From: Syntrophaceae bacterium UBA2192
Lineage (GTDB): Bacteria > Desulfobacterota > Syntrophia > Syntrophales > UBA2192
Length of the DNA: 46,714 bases
Direction of reading: 5' to 3'
Assembly (NCBI GenBank): GCA_002327315.1
Contig: DCVI01000173.1
Span: 10,971 to 57,684, forward strand
How positions within the stretch are numbered: the stretch's first letter is position 1; every line of letters begins with the position of its first letter. A model generated the notes under the pieces. The model saw only the letters and a program-made list of their open reading frames with translations. It made no database searches and was not told the DNA's origin. The translations under genes and the position numbers were made by a program. This document shows, one piece after another, positions 1 through 9,133 of the stretch.

Positions 1-1235
1 TCGGCCTGATGGTCGAGGGTCACGGACCGGCGAGCTCCGTGGGCGAGATGTGCAACATCTTCGCCAATGGCGGGGCCTGCGAAAAGCTCCGGGCCGAGGT
101 GGTGGGGTTCCGCAAGGGGAAGGTCCTCCTGATGCCGCTGGACAATCTCCAGGGTGTGGGGCCGGGCTGCAAGATCGTCTCCCTCGGGAGAAAAGCCTCG
201 ATCGCCGTGGGGAAAAAGCTCCTGGGACGCGTCATCGACGGCCTCGGCAACCCGATCGACGGCAAGGGACCCATCGATCTCGAGGATGAATACCCGCTCT
301 ATGCCGAGCCGATCAACCCCCTGCAGAGAGGCCGGATCGAGGAGCCCATGGATCTCGGCATCCGCGTTCTCAACGGACTGCTGTCCTGCGGCAAGGGGCA
401 GAAGATGGGCATCTTCTCCGGGTCCGGCGTGGGGAAGAGCATCCTCATGGGCATGATCGCCCGCTACACGAAGGCCGATGTGAACGTCATCGGGCTCATC
501 GGCGAGCGCGGGCGCGAGGTCCGCGAGTTCGTGGAGAAAAACCTGGGTCCCGAGGGCCTCAGGCGCTCCGTCGTCATCGTGGCTACCTCGGACAGGCACC
601 CGCTGATCCGGATGCGGGCCGCCTACGCGGCGACCTCCGTGGCCGAGTATTTCCGGGATCAGGGCAGCGACGTCCTGCTCATGGTGGATTCGCTCACCCG
701 CTTTGCCATGGCCCAGCGCGAGGTCGGTCTGTCCGTGGGCGAGCCGCCGGCCACAAAAGGCTATACCCCCTCCGTCTTCAGCCTCCTGCCGAAGCTGCTG
801 GAGCGAACGGGGCCCGTTGAGGGCAAGGGCAGCATCACGGGGCTCTATACCGTGCTCGTCGAGGGCGACGACTTCAACGAGCCGATCGCCGATGCGGCGC
901 GCTCCATTCTGGACGGGCACATCGCGCTGTCGCGCGCGATCGCCGCAAAGAACCACTATCCGGCCGTGGATGTTCTCGAGAGCGTGAGCCGCGTCATGAT
1001 CGACATCGTCAACGGCGAGCAGCGCAAGCGCGCAAACGATCTGCTGAACATCATCGCCACCTACCGGAAAGCCGAGGACCTCATCAACATCGGCGCCTAT
1101 GTGGCGGGAAGCAACCCCGAAATCGATCACGCCCTCAAGATGATCGACAGGGTCAACGCCTATCTGAGGCAGGACATGAACGAGAAGGTGGGGTTCGAGG
1201 AGAGCCGCAGGCAGCTTTTGGCGCTCTTCCAGTGA
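1..1235 (+). CDS. fliI: Flagellar export ATPase FliI (5' end outside the window)
   Basis: Walker A GSGVGKS, motifs LIGERGREVREF and DSLTRFAMAQRE. The frame is open to the window edge (GLMVEG) and fliJ follows. Confidence 0.96.
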   Translation, partial: GLMVEGHGPASSVGEMCNIFANGGACEKLRAEVVGFRKGKVLLMPLDNLQGVGPGCKIVSLGRKASIAVGKKLLGRVIDGLGNPIDGKGPIDLEDEYPLYAEPINPLQRGRIEEPMDLGIRVLNGLLSCGKGQKMGIFSGSGVGKSILMGMIARYTKADVNVIGLIGERGREVREFVEKNLGPEGLRRSVVIVATSDRHPLIRMRAAYAATSVAEYFRDQGSDVLLMVDSLTRFAMAQREVGLSVGEPPATKGYTPSVFSLLPKLLERTGPVEGKGSITGLYTVLVEGDDFNEPIADAARSILDGHIALSRAIAAKNHYPAVDVLESVSRVMIDIVNGEQRKRANDLLNIIATYRKAEDLINIGAYVAGSNPEIDHALKMIDRVNAYLRQDMNEKVGFEESRRQLLALFQ

Positions 1236-1287
1236 GACGTCGAAGGGATATTTCGAGTATGCCGGGCAGCGCGAGCAGTTCGATCAT

Positions 1288-1319
1288 GAAGTGAGGAAGA
1301 TCGGAAGAGCAGAAGAGCG
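1288..1319 (+). repeat. Octamer tandem array GAAGNNNR x4
   Basis: GAAGTGAG GAAGATCG GAAGAGCA GAAGAGCG read directly. Confidence 0.8.
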
Positions 1320-1374
1320 GAGTGGAAGAAGAATACATTTCCGGCTCCTGTTCCCGGTGTGAGGGTTAAAGAAC

Positions 1375-1839
1375 ATGTTCCGGTTTCGCTTTGAACAGAT
1401 CCTGAATGTCCGGAAGCTTGCGGAAGAGCAGGTCATGCAGGAATTTTCCGAACAGGTGCGGGGGCTCGAACGGGAGAAGGAGCGCCTCCGGTCGATCCGC
1501 GGCGAGAAGGCGGGCGTGCTGGCGGAATTGATGCGCCGGCAGGCAGGAAACCTGAATGCCGCCGAGATCGGCCTCACCTTCGGCTATATCAAGAGCCTCC
1601 GCGAGCGCGAGGTGGCCCAGGTGGTCCTGGTCTCGGACCGCGAAAAAGTCCTCGAGGCAAAGCGGGAGGAACTCCTGGAGGCCATGAAGAGGCGCAAGAT
1701 CATGGAGATCCTCAAACAGAAGAAGCTCGAGCAATACTGGAAAGAGTGGAACCACAGGGAGTCCGTGGAACTGAACGAACAGGGAATTATCCGCTTTCTG
1801 AAGAGGTCCGGCGATGAGAAGACTGATCGTAATCTGTGA
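1375..1839 (+). CDS. fliJ: Flagellar export protein FliJ
   Basis: 154 aa coiled coil starting FRFRFEQILNVRK, directly after fliI. Confidence 0.9.
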   Translation: MFRFRFEQILNVRKLAEEQVMQEFSEQVRGLEREKERLRSIRGEKAGVLAELMRRQAGNLNAAEIGLTFGYIKSLREREVAQVVLVSDREKVLEAKREELLEAMKRRKIMEILKQKKLEQYWKEWNHRESVELNEQGIIRFLKRSGDEKTDRNL

Positions 1840-2416
1840 AATCCTGGTTGTCCTGCTGATCGTCATCAAGATCGCGGCGGCGGGCGGAGTCCTGCAGAAG
1901 ACGATGCCCGATGCCTCCGTCTTCGATCCCAGCCACGCGATCGCGAACGTGTCCCAGAAGGCACCCGAGGCGGCGCCTGCGCGCGAAGCAGGCGATGATG
2001 CCCTGGCGAAGGAGCGCAAGCTGGTCGCCTCGCTTGCCGAAAAGGAGAAGCAGCTCGAGAGCCGCGAGAGCGGGATCAAGGAGGAGGAGAAGAAGCTTCA
2101 GGTCCTCAAAGGCGAGATCGTCACCAAGATCGACACGCTCAAGGGTCTCGAGGACAAACTCTCGGGCATGCTCGATACCGTGAAATCAGCCGAGGACAAG
2201 CGGCTGAGGGATCTTGCCACCGTCTTTGAGGCAACGGCGCCCGCCCAGGCAGGCCCCATGCTGGAGAAAATGGACAAGAAACTTGCCGCCGGGATCATCA
2301 TGAACATGAAGAGCAAGAAGGCGGGAGCGATCTGGGGCCACATCGGCGCGCAGCGGGCCGCGGAGATCGCCAAGGAGATCACCTCCGCTCCGAACAAAGC
2401 GGAGCCTGCAAACTAG
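1814..2416 (+). CDS. MotE/FlbB-like flagellar membrane protein (N-terminal TM, coiled coil, MgtE-N-like C-terminus)
   Basis: TM segment, coiled coil, C-terminal LATVFEATAPAQAGPMLEKMD...MKSKKAGAI pattern, usual position after fliJ. Confidence 0.75.
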   Translation: MRRLIVICEILVVLLIVIKIAAAGGVLQKTMPDASVFDPSHAIANVSQKAPEAAPAREAGDDALAKERKLVASLAEKEKQLESRESGIKEEEKKLQVLKGEIVTKIDTLKGLEDKLSGMLDTVKSAEDKRLRDLATVFEATAPAQAGPMLEKMDKKLAAGIIMNMKSKKAGAIWGHIGAQRAAEIAKEITSAPNKAEPAN

Positions 2417-2461
2417 GCTTCAAAAGGGCTTCGGGAATCCGGCATCGGGCTTCCGGATAAA
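2416..2461 (+). repeat. Degenerate heptamer array GGMWTCV
   Basis: ggcttca..ggcttcg ggaatcc ggcatcg ggcttcc ggataaa beginning at the stop codon. Confidence 0.7.
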
Positions 2462-2520
2462 GAAGAAAAACATTTGCATGGGGGACGGTCAGTCCATCGG
2501 ACGATCGATCTCCCTTTTTT

Positions 2521-2624
2521 AGGTAACAGGTAACCGGTAACAGGTAACAGGTAACAGGTAACAGAACTACCCTATTATACGTCTTTCCCGTCACCTGACA
2601 CCTGACACCTGGTACCTGTTACCT
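2521..2624. repeat. Inverted pair of heptamer arrays, (AGGTAAC)6 then (CACCTGA/GTTACCT)n, between convergent genes
   Basis: Purine arm 2521-2562, complementary pyrimidine arm about 2590-2624. Confidence 0.85.
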
Positions 2625-2693
2625 TCGCGCCGACATCCGATTTCCCCACCTCGAACCCGCGGCGAGCGTAGTGGCTCTTATGGCCGGGGCAGC

Positions 2694-3881
2694 CTAAAAG
2701 ACGCCGGAGAATCCGGTCCACTGATCCTTTTCGGGATCCATTTTCTGATCGAAACGGTCCATTCCCCGGAAGCTGAACTCGATGTGGCCGGGGTCGATGG
2801 TGCCGTCGCCCGTCGAGTTCTGGTAGATCTTGAAGAAGACCGTGGCAGTCAGGTTTTTGGAATCGTAGGAGACGTAATCCGGGAGGCGCTGGACCGTTGT
2901 CTCCGTGGATGGGATCGCGCGGCCGTAGTTGTACTTGCTCGCTCCGAATCCACCGGCCCTGCCGATCGTCCATTGGGTCGTTTCTTCCACGGATTCCCTG
3001 TCCATCTCCTTGTCGAACTGGAACTTCACAAAAAACAGTTTGGAGGCGCCTGCGGTGGAAAGCTCGCTGTCGAGGTCCGACACCGCCGTGCCGGCGGGCA
3101 GATAGTGCGGGAACGTACTGTTCGCATAGGTCATGACGATCTTCGGGGGGTCGGCCTTGTAGATGTATCGGCTCAGGAGATCGGCCAGTTCGGGCGCTTT
3201 TTGTTCGAGGAATTCGGAAATACCCTGGGCGGTGTCGATTTCCCCCATGTCCGCATAAGCATAACCCATCTCGGCATAGGCATCGTAGAAATCCCATTTC
3301 TTGTCCAATGCAGCCTCGAACTCCTTGATCGCGATGTCGTATCGCCCCTGCCGGGCATAGGTCTGGCCGAGGCCCAGGTGCGGTGCGGGATCGTCGGGAG
3401 ACATCCGGAGAACCTGCATGAACTGCTCTTCCGCCTTGCCGGTTTCGCCCGTCTGCAGATAGGCCTGACCGAGGGCGTAGCGGTTGCCCTCGGACGGGTT
3501 CAACTCAACGGATTTTTCGTACTCCGTCACGGCCTCTTCGTAGCGATCCTGCGAGAAAAGAAACTGGGCGAGGTTGGCGTGGGCGGTGTCCAGGGTACTG
3601 TTCTGCCCGATGAACGTCTTGAGACTCTCGATGGCGCTCTGCGAGTCCCCCATCGCGAGATAGGAGTTCGACATGTACTGTGCCGCATTGACGGCGTTTT
3701 GCGCAGTGGGGTCCAGCGAGATGGACATCCTGAATGCCGAGACGGCGGCGCTGTACTCTTTTTTCTTGTACAGGTCGAGTCCCCTCTCGATGGATTTCCC
3801 CGCGTAGTATTCGAGCGACCCGGAATTGCTCTGCATGGAGGAAAAAAGCGCGTCAGCACCGGCCCCGCTGATTGAAGTCAT
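2694..3881 (-). CDS. TPR-repeat protein with C-terminal beta-rich (Ig-like) domain, 395 aa
   Basis: Several TPR motifs (AHANLAQFLFSQDRYEEAVTEYEKSVELNP; PHLGLGQTYARQGRYDIAIKEFEAAL). Start moved to the ATG at 3881 (MTSISG), downstream of a sigma-28 promoter. Confidence 0.85.
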   Translation of the reverse strand: MTSISGAGADALFSSMQSNSGSLEYYAGKSIERGLDLYKKKEYSAAVSAFRMSISLDPTAQNAVNAAQYMSNSYLAMGDSQSAIESLKTFIGQNSTLDTAHANLAQFLFSQDRYEEAVTEYEKSVELNPSEGNRYALGQAYLQTGETGKAEEQFMQVLRMSPDDPAPHLGLGQTYARQGRYDIAIKEFEAALDKKWDFYDAYAEMGYAYADMGEIDTAQGISEFLEQKAPELADLLSRYIYKADPPKIVMTYANSTFPHYLPAGTAVSDLDSELSTAGASKLFFVKFQFDKEMDRESVEETTQWTIGRAGGFGASKYNYGRAIPSTETTVQRLPDYVSYDSKNLTATVFFKIYQNSTGDGTIDPGHIEFSFRGMDRFDQKMDPEKDQWTGFSGVF

Positions 3882-3919
3882 ACCTGTCTCATCCCGCCTG
3901 TAAGGTTTGCCTGATGAGT

Positions 3920-3947
3920 ATTTCGGCAGAAGCGAAGCTTTTCTTGA
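3920..3947 (-). promoter_or_regulatory. Sigma-28 (FliA) promoter of the TPR gene
   Basis: TCAAG-N15-GCCGAAAT on the - strand, same spacing as the flgM and flagellin promoters. Confidence 0.7.
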
Positions 3948-4186
3948 GGGCCACGGGCTCGTGTTATGGTCGGCGGGACTTGCGAGACCGGGGCATCCTT
4001 CTCTCGAGAGGCGCGGGAAAAGTGAAAATTTGCCCGGTCCTCCCCGATCGCACGGGAAATAATTGCCCGAAGGGCCATGGATTTCTTTCTTGCGTCCTTG
4101 CGGCCGCACTGGGGGAAGGCGACAGAAGCGTGTGACCACTCAACGAAGAAACGCAATGATATCAAAGCGTAGACTGTTCTTCCCTT

Positions 4187-4218
4187 CCCGATACCCGATA
4201 CCCGATACCCGATACCCG
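4187..4218 (+). repeat. Heptamer array (CCCGATA)4 plus CCCG
   Basis: Perfect tandem repeat ending 7 nt before the sigma-54 -24 box. Confidence 0.92.
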
Positions 4219-4225
4219 TCTTCCG

Positions 4226-4241
4226 TGGCACAGGCGTTGCT
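4226..4241 (+). promoter_or_regulatory. Sigma-54 promoter of fliK-flgD-flgE
   Basis: TGGCAC-aggcg-TTGCT, perfect -24/-12 consensus. Confidence 0.88.
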
Positions 4242-4275
4242 CAACGTCTTCGTCACAACCCTTTGAGGAGTGAAC

Positions 4276-5655
4276 ATGAACTCTCCAGGCGTGCAGATTC
4301 AATTGGACCCCGTTTCCCCGCCGGAAGCGTTGAAGAGCCGGGACGCGGCCCCCGCAAAAAAGCGCGACGACCAGGGCGAAACGAAAGAAGCCGACGCTGC
4401 GGCAGCGGCCCTTACCGTATCTTTTGCCGAAATTCTGCGGTCCAAGAGGCATGACATCAAGACCGGCGCAGAGGGGCGGGAAAAGACGGATCCCCTCCTG
4501 AAAGCGCCCGGTCAGAAGGAAGGCGAGGAAGCGCTCCTGCAGGCAAACGGGCAACTCGCTGCCGGCAGGAAGCGACTCAGGCAGTCTGCCATCGAGGTAC
4601 AGGCCAGGGAGACCCTGGATCACGCAAAGGAACTGGCGGGTGCGGCCATGAAGGCAGCCGCGGGAAGAGGACCCAACGGGGATAACCAGGAAGCCGGGCA
4701 GTCGGCCGAACTGACGAAAAAGGGAGCCCTCACCCCTGCCGAGGAGAACCTGTTGAAGGAGATGATCCAGAAGAACGGCAACCTGGCCGCGCAGAAAAAG
4801 GCGGCCCAGATGATGGGTTTCGTCAACGGCGAGCCTGTGACTCGCCGTGAAGGGATCGGCGCCGTCAAGTCGATGACGGCAAAGGAAGGGGAGATCCTCA
4901 AGAATCTCTCCGGCGGCGAGGAGGCCGAGGGGCCGAAGAAGTTCAAGGCCGGCAAATCGGCCAGGACACAACAGCCCTTCGTGATACGCGACACTCCCGA
5001 CGGCACGGAGAAAGCGGCCCCGGCCGTTTCGTCGGCCGACGCGATGAAGCAGGAAATTGCCGGCCTGGCCGAGGGCCAGCAGGACAAGCCGGCGGCAACG
5101 GGATCGACGAAAAAACAGGGGGCAACGGGCGGTACAAATCCAGAGATACGCGACGTGTCCGCCGGCGCCGGAACGATTTCCCTTCTTCCGGGCAGGGGCA
5201 TAGACACCGCTGCGGCTGCGAGGCCCCAGGCCGTGATGAGCCAGGTCCTCGACGGGGCAGCCCAGATTCTTCGAGACGGCTCCGGCAGGGTGACCATGAC
5301 CCTGCAGCCTCCCCGGCTCGGCACGCTGGATCTCGATGTCGTCGTGCAGGACAACCGGGTGAGGATGGTCATGCTGGCCGACAACCAGGAGGTCAAGCAG
5401 ATGCTCCAGGCCGGCATGGACGATCTCCGCAACGCCCTGCAGGACAAGGGGTTCCAGATCGACCGCCTGGAGGTCCTCGTCCAGAACCGGCCCGATGACG
5501 CCGGCTCGAACTTCTGGCAGCAGGCGGGGTTCGGCCGCGAGGATTCCGCCGGGAGAGAAGAACGAAAAAGCGAGCAGGAATCGGCGCATGCCGCCCAGGT
5601 CCCACCGGCGCGGCCTCTCCGAACAGGGGATAGTGGAATCAGCGTCTTTGCGTGA
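4276..5655 (+). CDS. fliK: Flagellar hook-length control protein FliK
   Basis: Low-complexity N-terminus and C-terminal VTMTLQPPRLGTLDLDV...LRNALQDKGFQIDRLEV. GAGGAG RBS before ATG 4276; precedes flgD. Confidence 0.9.
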   Translation: MNSPGVQIQLDPVSPPEALKSRDAAPAKKRDDQGETKEADAAAAALTVSFAEILRSKRHDIKTGAEGREKTDPLLKAPGQKEGEEALLQANGQLAAGRKRLRQSAIEVQARETLDHAKELAGAAMKAAAGRGPNGDNQEAGQSAELTKKGALTPAEENLLKEMIQKNGNLAAQKKAAQMMGFVNGEPVTRREGIGAVKSMTAKEGEILKNLSGGEEAEGPKKFKAGKSARTQQPFVIRDTPDGTEKAAPAVSSADAMKQEIAGLAEGQQDKPAATGSTKKQGATGGTNPEIRDVSAGAGTISLLPGRGIDTAAAARPQAVMSQVLDGAAQILRDGSGRVTMTLQPPRLGTLDLDVVVQDNRVRMVMLADNQEVKQMLQAGMDDLRNALQDKGFQIDRLEVLVQNRPDDAGSNFWQQAGFGREDSAGREERKSEQESAHAAQVPPARPLRTGDSGISVFA

Positions 5656-5684
5656 CGGCAGGACAAACCGGGAGGAGATCCACC

Positions 5685-6347
5685 ATGAGTGACACGAGCA
5701 CAATCCAATCGGCGGCAGGCGCGGCGACGACGACCGCCACGACGGCCAGCACCAGAAATGTCATCGGCAAGGACGAGTTCCTGAAGATGCTCATCGCCCA
5801 GCTCAAGCACCAGGACCCGATGAACCCCATGGACGGCACGGCCTTCACGGCGCAGCTGGCCCAGTTCTCCAGCCTGGAGCAGCTCCAGAACATCAATACC
5901 CAGCTGACCTCCTTCACCAGGCAGCAGCAGTCGCTGGGCAACACGCAGGCCGTAAACCTCATCGGCAGGGAAGTCCTGGCAAAGGGCGACACGGTCCAGG
6001 CCGAGGGAACGCCCGTCGACCTGAGCTACCAGCTCAAGGGCGATGCCGCCACGGGCCTCGTCCGGATCTACAACGCCGACGGCGAGCTGGTCGATGCCCT
6101 GGTCTTCAAGAACCAGAAGCAGGGCTTGAACACCCTGACGTGGAACCCCCCGAGCTCCACCGTGGGCCGCTGCACCTTCGAGGTGAGCGCCGCTGACAGC
6201 GCCGGCAAGTCCGTCGGCGTCGACGCCATGATCCAGGGTGAGGTGACGGGCGTAAACTACCGCGACGGCGTGACCTACCTCAGCGTGGGCAACCGGGAGA
6301 TCGCCTTCAGCGACGTCGTCTCCGTGAAAAAAACGAGCACGAATTAA
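5685..6347 (+). CDS. flgD: Hook capping protein FlgD
   Basis: GKDEFLKMLIAQLKHQDPMNPMD...AQLAQFSSLEQL motif; GGAGGAG RBS. Confidence 0.96.
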   Translation: MSDTSTIQSAAGAATTTATTASTRNVIGKDEFLKMLIAQLKHQDPMNPMDGTAFTAQLAQFSSLEQLQNINTQLTSFTRQQQSLGNTQAVNLIGREVLAKGDTVQAEGTPVDLSYQLKGDAATGLVRIYNADGELVDALVFKNQKQGLNTLTWNPPSSTVGRCTFEVSAADSAGKSVGVDAMIQGEVTGVNYRDGVTYLSVGNREIAFSDVVSVKKTSTN

Positions 6348-6386
6348 CACCGGGAGTCAGACCGGGCAAACCAGGAGGATTGTGAG

Positions 6387-7913
6387 ATGGGAAGCGCACT
6401 ATGGATCGCCATTTCGGGGTTGAATGCAAGCTCCAAGCAGATGGATGTCATCGGTAACAACATCGCCAACGCCAACACGATGGGCTTCAAGGCCGGCAAG
6501 ACTTACTTCGCCAACGTCTTGAGCCAGAGCCTCTCGGGCGGGGCCTCCGGCGCCATGCAGATCGGTCAGGGCGTCACCGTGGCCGACGTGGCCACCCAGT
6601 TCAGCCAGGGTTCCCTCGAGTCCACCTCGAGTTCCCTCGACCTGGCCATCGACGGCGGCGGCTTCTTCATCGTCGAGGACAGCGAGGGATCGCAGTACTA
6701 CACCCGGGCCGGCGCCTTCCACATCGACGGCGAGGGCTACCTCGTCGACGTCAACGACTGCCGCGTGCAGGGCTACGCGCCTTCCTCTCCGGCGCTCGGG
6801 GATATCAACACGAGAAACGCCCAGTCGGCCCCCGCCTCCTCCACGTCCTTCTCCGTCGGTCTCAACCTCGATGCCCGGACCGATGCGGGCGGCACGTTCT
6901 ATTCTTCCCAGACCGTCTACGATTCCCTCGGGGCGGCTCACACGCTCGCCGCGACCTACATGAAGACGGAAGGGGAGGGCGAGTGGGGCATGAATATCAC
7001 CCTGGACGGTAATGCCGCGGATACCCAGAATTACACGGGGTTCTCCTTCGACGGCACGGGAAATCTCGACAAGGTCTACAGCACGGCCATGGGCACTGCG
7101 GCCCCCACGGGAACAGGCACGGCCACGGCCACCCTTGTCGACGGCCACGACGGGCAGATTTACCAAACGGGCAGTCTCGTCCTGCGGCGGGACGCTGTCG
7201 ACAGCTGGTCCGTCGTTACCGCTTCTTCCGATTATGACAACGCGACCGTCACGAGTTACGGCACGCTCGGCAGCGATGACACGTTGGCCATCGATCTTGA
7301 CGGCTACGGCGGCGCAGACCTCACCGTGGCACTCGACGGCACCTGGGCCAATGGCAACACGCTGACCATCCCGTTTACGTCCACGGAGGTGGACCCCGCC
7401 GATATCGCCGTTTCCTTCAGCGGCCTTGCCAACGGTGCCACGATCGGGGCATCGGGGGCCCTGGCGTGGGACCTGACATCGGCCAATGCCGAGACGATCT
7501 CCGGCTATGCCTCCAGCTCGACGGTGAAGGCCCTCACCAATGACGGATACCCCTCCGGCGTGCTCCGGAGCCTCGCCGTCGAGAAGGACGGCAACATCTC
7601 GGGCTTCTTCACGAACGGACAGACGGCCTCGCTCGGTCAACTGTGCCTGGCCGACTTCCCCAACCCCTGGGGCCTCAAGAAGATGGGTTCGAACCTCTTC
7701 AGCTCGACCCTCACCTCGGGCCAGGCCATCGTGAACACGCCCGGCGCGGGCGGCCTCGGCGAGGTGACCTCGAACGCCCTGGAGATGTCCAACACGGATC
7801 TCGGCACGGAGTTCATCGGTCTGATCACGGCCCAGCGGGCCTACCAGGCCAGTGCCAAGGTTATTACGACAACGGACGCCATGATGGCTGAGTTGATGAA
7901 TATCAAGCGGTAA
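6387..7913 (+). CDS. flgE: Flagellar hook protein FlgE
   Basis: GNNIANANTMGFKA, YTRAGAF, LEMSNTDLGTEFIGLITAQRAYQASAKVI. Confidence 0.96.
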   Translation: MGSALWIAISGLNASSKQMDVIGNNIANANTMGFKAGKTYFANVLSQSLSGGASGAMQIGQGVTVADVATQFSQGSLESTSSSLDLAIDGGGFFIVEDSEGSQYYTRAGAFHIDGEGYLVDVNDCRVQGYAPSSPALGDINTRNAQSAPASSTSFSVGLNLDARTDAGGTFYSSQTVYDSLGAAHTLAATYMKTEGEGEWGMNITLDGNAADTQNYTGFSFDGTGNLDKVYSTAMGTAAPTGTGTATATLVDGHDGQIYQTGSLVLRRDAVDSWSVVTASSDYDNATVTSYGTLGSDDTLAIDLDGYGGADLTVALDGTWANGNTLTIPFTSTEVDPADIAVSFSGLANGATIGASGALAWDLTSANAETISGYASSSTVKALTNDGYPSGVLRSLAVEKDGNISGFFTNGQTASLGQLCLADFPNPWGLKKMGSNLFSSTLTSGQAIVNTPGAGGLGEVTSNALEMSNTDLGTEFIGLITAQRAYQASAKVITTTDAMMAELMNIKR

Positions 7914-8135
7914 AATACAGGCCGGGTTGCCCCCGGATTGCGGTAAGCCGCATGAAAGGGGCAGCCCGATTCCCCTGTCCGTACCGTCAAATTGTTGACC
8001 CGTTCAGGGCGCTTCGCGCGCTCTCCGGATGCCTGATGCGCCCGGGTTGGCCACCCGTTGCCGTCCCACCCCTTCGCACCCTTCTGCCGGCGGGCTCCGC
8101 CGGCCGGAATCTCTTGAAAATCCTTCTGTTTCGAT

Positions 8136-8151
8136 TGGTATGGAATTTGCT
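8136..8151 (+). promoter_or_regulatory. Sigma-54 promoter of the fliL operon
   Basis: TGGTAT-ggaat-TTGCT (GG-N10-GC). Confidence 0.75.
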
Positions 8152-8336
8152 CATATGCTGTATGCACCCACGGATTCACCGCGGTCTGCCCCGGAAACCT
8201 GTCCGAAGGGACCGGCACGGGGCCGAACGGGTGCGGTGACGGGGGGCTCGAGACGGAACGACTCGGGCACGGCATGCGGCTCGCCTTCAAGGTGAGGCCC
8301 TAAAATAGCAAAAGCGAAGGAGTAAACCGGGGAGCC

Positions 8337-8837
8337 ATGGCCAAGGACGTGGAAAAAAACAAACCGGAAGAACAGTCTGCCGAAGGCGGCAAGGAAAAGA
8401 AAAAGGGTTCGATGCTCAAGTGGATCATCATCGGTGTCGTCATCGTGCTTGTGCTGGGCGGCGGCGGCGCCGGGGCCTATTTTTTCCTGAACAAGTCGGC
8501 AAACAAGGAAGCGCAGGCCGTAGCAAAACCCCCGATCGGCGCCGTGTGGGCCCCCGATGTGTTCATCATCAACCTGGCCGACGCCGATGCGGACCGTTAC
8601 CTCAAGGTCGTCATGAATTTCGAACTCTCGGACCCTCTCGCCGTGGCCGAACTCGACGTGATGAAGCCCAAAGTCCGCGATATGGTCCTGAGCGTGCTCA
8701 CCGTGAAGGGCATCAAGGACCTGAACAATTTCGAGGGCAAGCAGCGCCTCAAGGAAGAGATCGCGATGCGGCTCAATAATCACATGACGAAAGGCAAAGT
8801 CGTCCAGGTGTATTTCACGGACTTTGTCATCCAGTAA
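8337..8837 (+). CDS. fliL: Flagellar basal body-associated protein FliL
   Basis: KKK followed by TM, FIINLAD...YLKV, C-terminal VYFTDFVIQ. Confidence 0.95.
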   Translation: MAKDVEKNKPEEQSAEGGKEKKKGSMLKWIIIGVVIVLVLGGGGAGAYFFLNKSANKEAQAVAKPPIGAVWAPDVFIINLADADADRYLKVVMNFELSDPLAVAELDVMKPKVRDMVLSVLTVKGIKDLNNFEGKQRLKEEIAMRLNNHMTKGKVVQVYFTDFVIQ

Positions 8838-8838
8838 A

Positions 8839-9086
8839 TGGCTAAAGGCTAAAGGCAAGAAAGCCCCCGGTCATCACCCTTTGCAAAAGAGGGAAATAGG
8901 GGGATCTGGACAGAATAGACGGAACAGACCTGTCAGCGACCCTTTCCTTGATTTCCCTCTCCCTTGAGGGGAGAGGGTCAGGGTGAGGGTGATGGTTCGA
9001 CAGGCTCACCATGGCGAACGGAGATGTCATCCTGAGCTTGTCGAAGGACCCCCTCACCTCTAGTCCTCTCCCTCGGAGGGGAGAGG
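8839..9086. repeat. Composite cassette of REP-like palindromes between fliL and fliM
   Basis: GGCTAAA heptamers; CCCCC...GGGGG hairpin 8864-8903; CCCTCTCCC/GGGAGAGGG hairpins 8955-8977 and 9065-9086; TTCGACAGGCTCA/TGAGCTTGTCGAA pair 8996-9045. Confidence 0.8.
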
Positions 9087-9133
9087 AAGATTAAAGAAAA
9101 ATTTTTCATAGGACGGGATAGACCAATTCGATT

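Noticed and set aside
3882-4139. 86-aa N-terminal extension of the TPR ORF
   Set aside because: It spans the sigma-28 promoter and the divergent regulatory region and is not protein-like
7923-7968. Branched hairpin after flgE as an intrinsic terminator or ncRNA
   Set aside because: The stem is real but has no U-tract and matches no family I recognise, so no function can be supported
8190-8260. Possible c-di-GMP-I (GEMM) riboswitch in the fliL leader (GGAAACC-TGTCC-GAAG-GGAC)
   Set aside because: It lacks the GACGCAAAGC junction and a convincing second stem; an Infernal search with the c-di-GMP-I model would settle it
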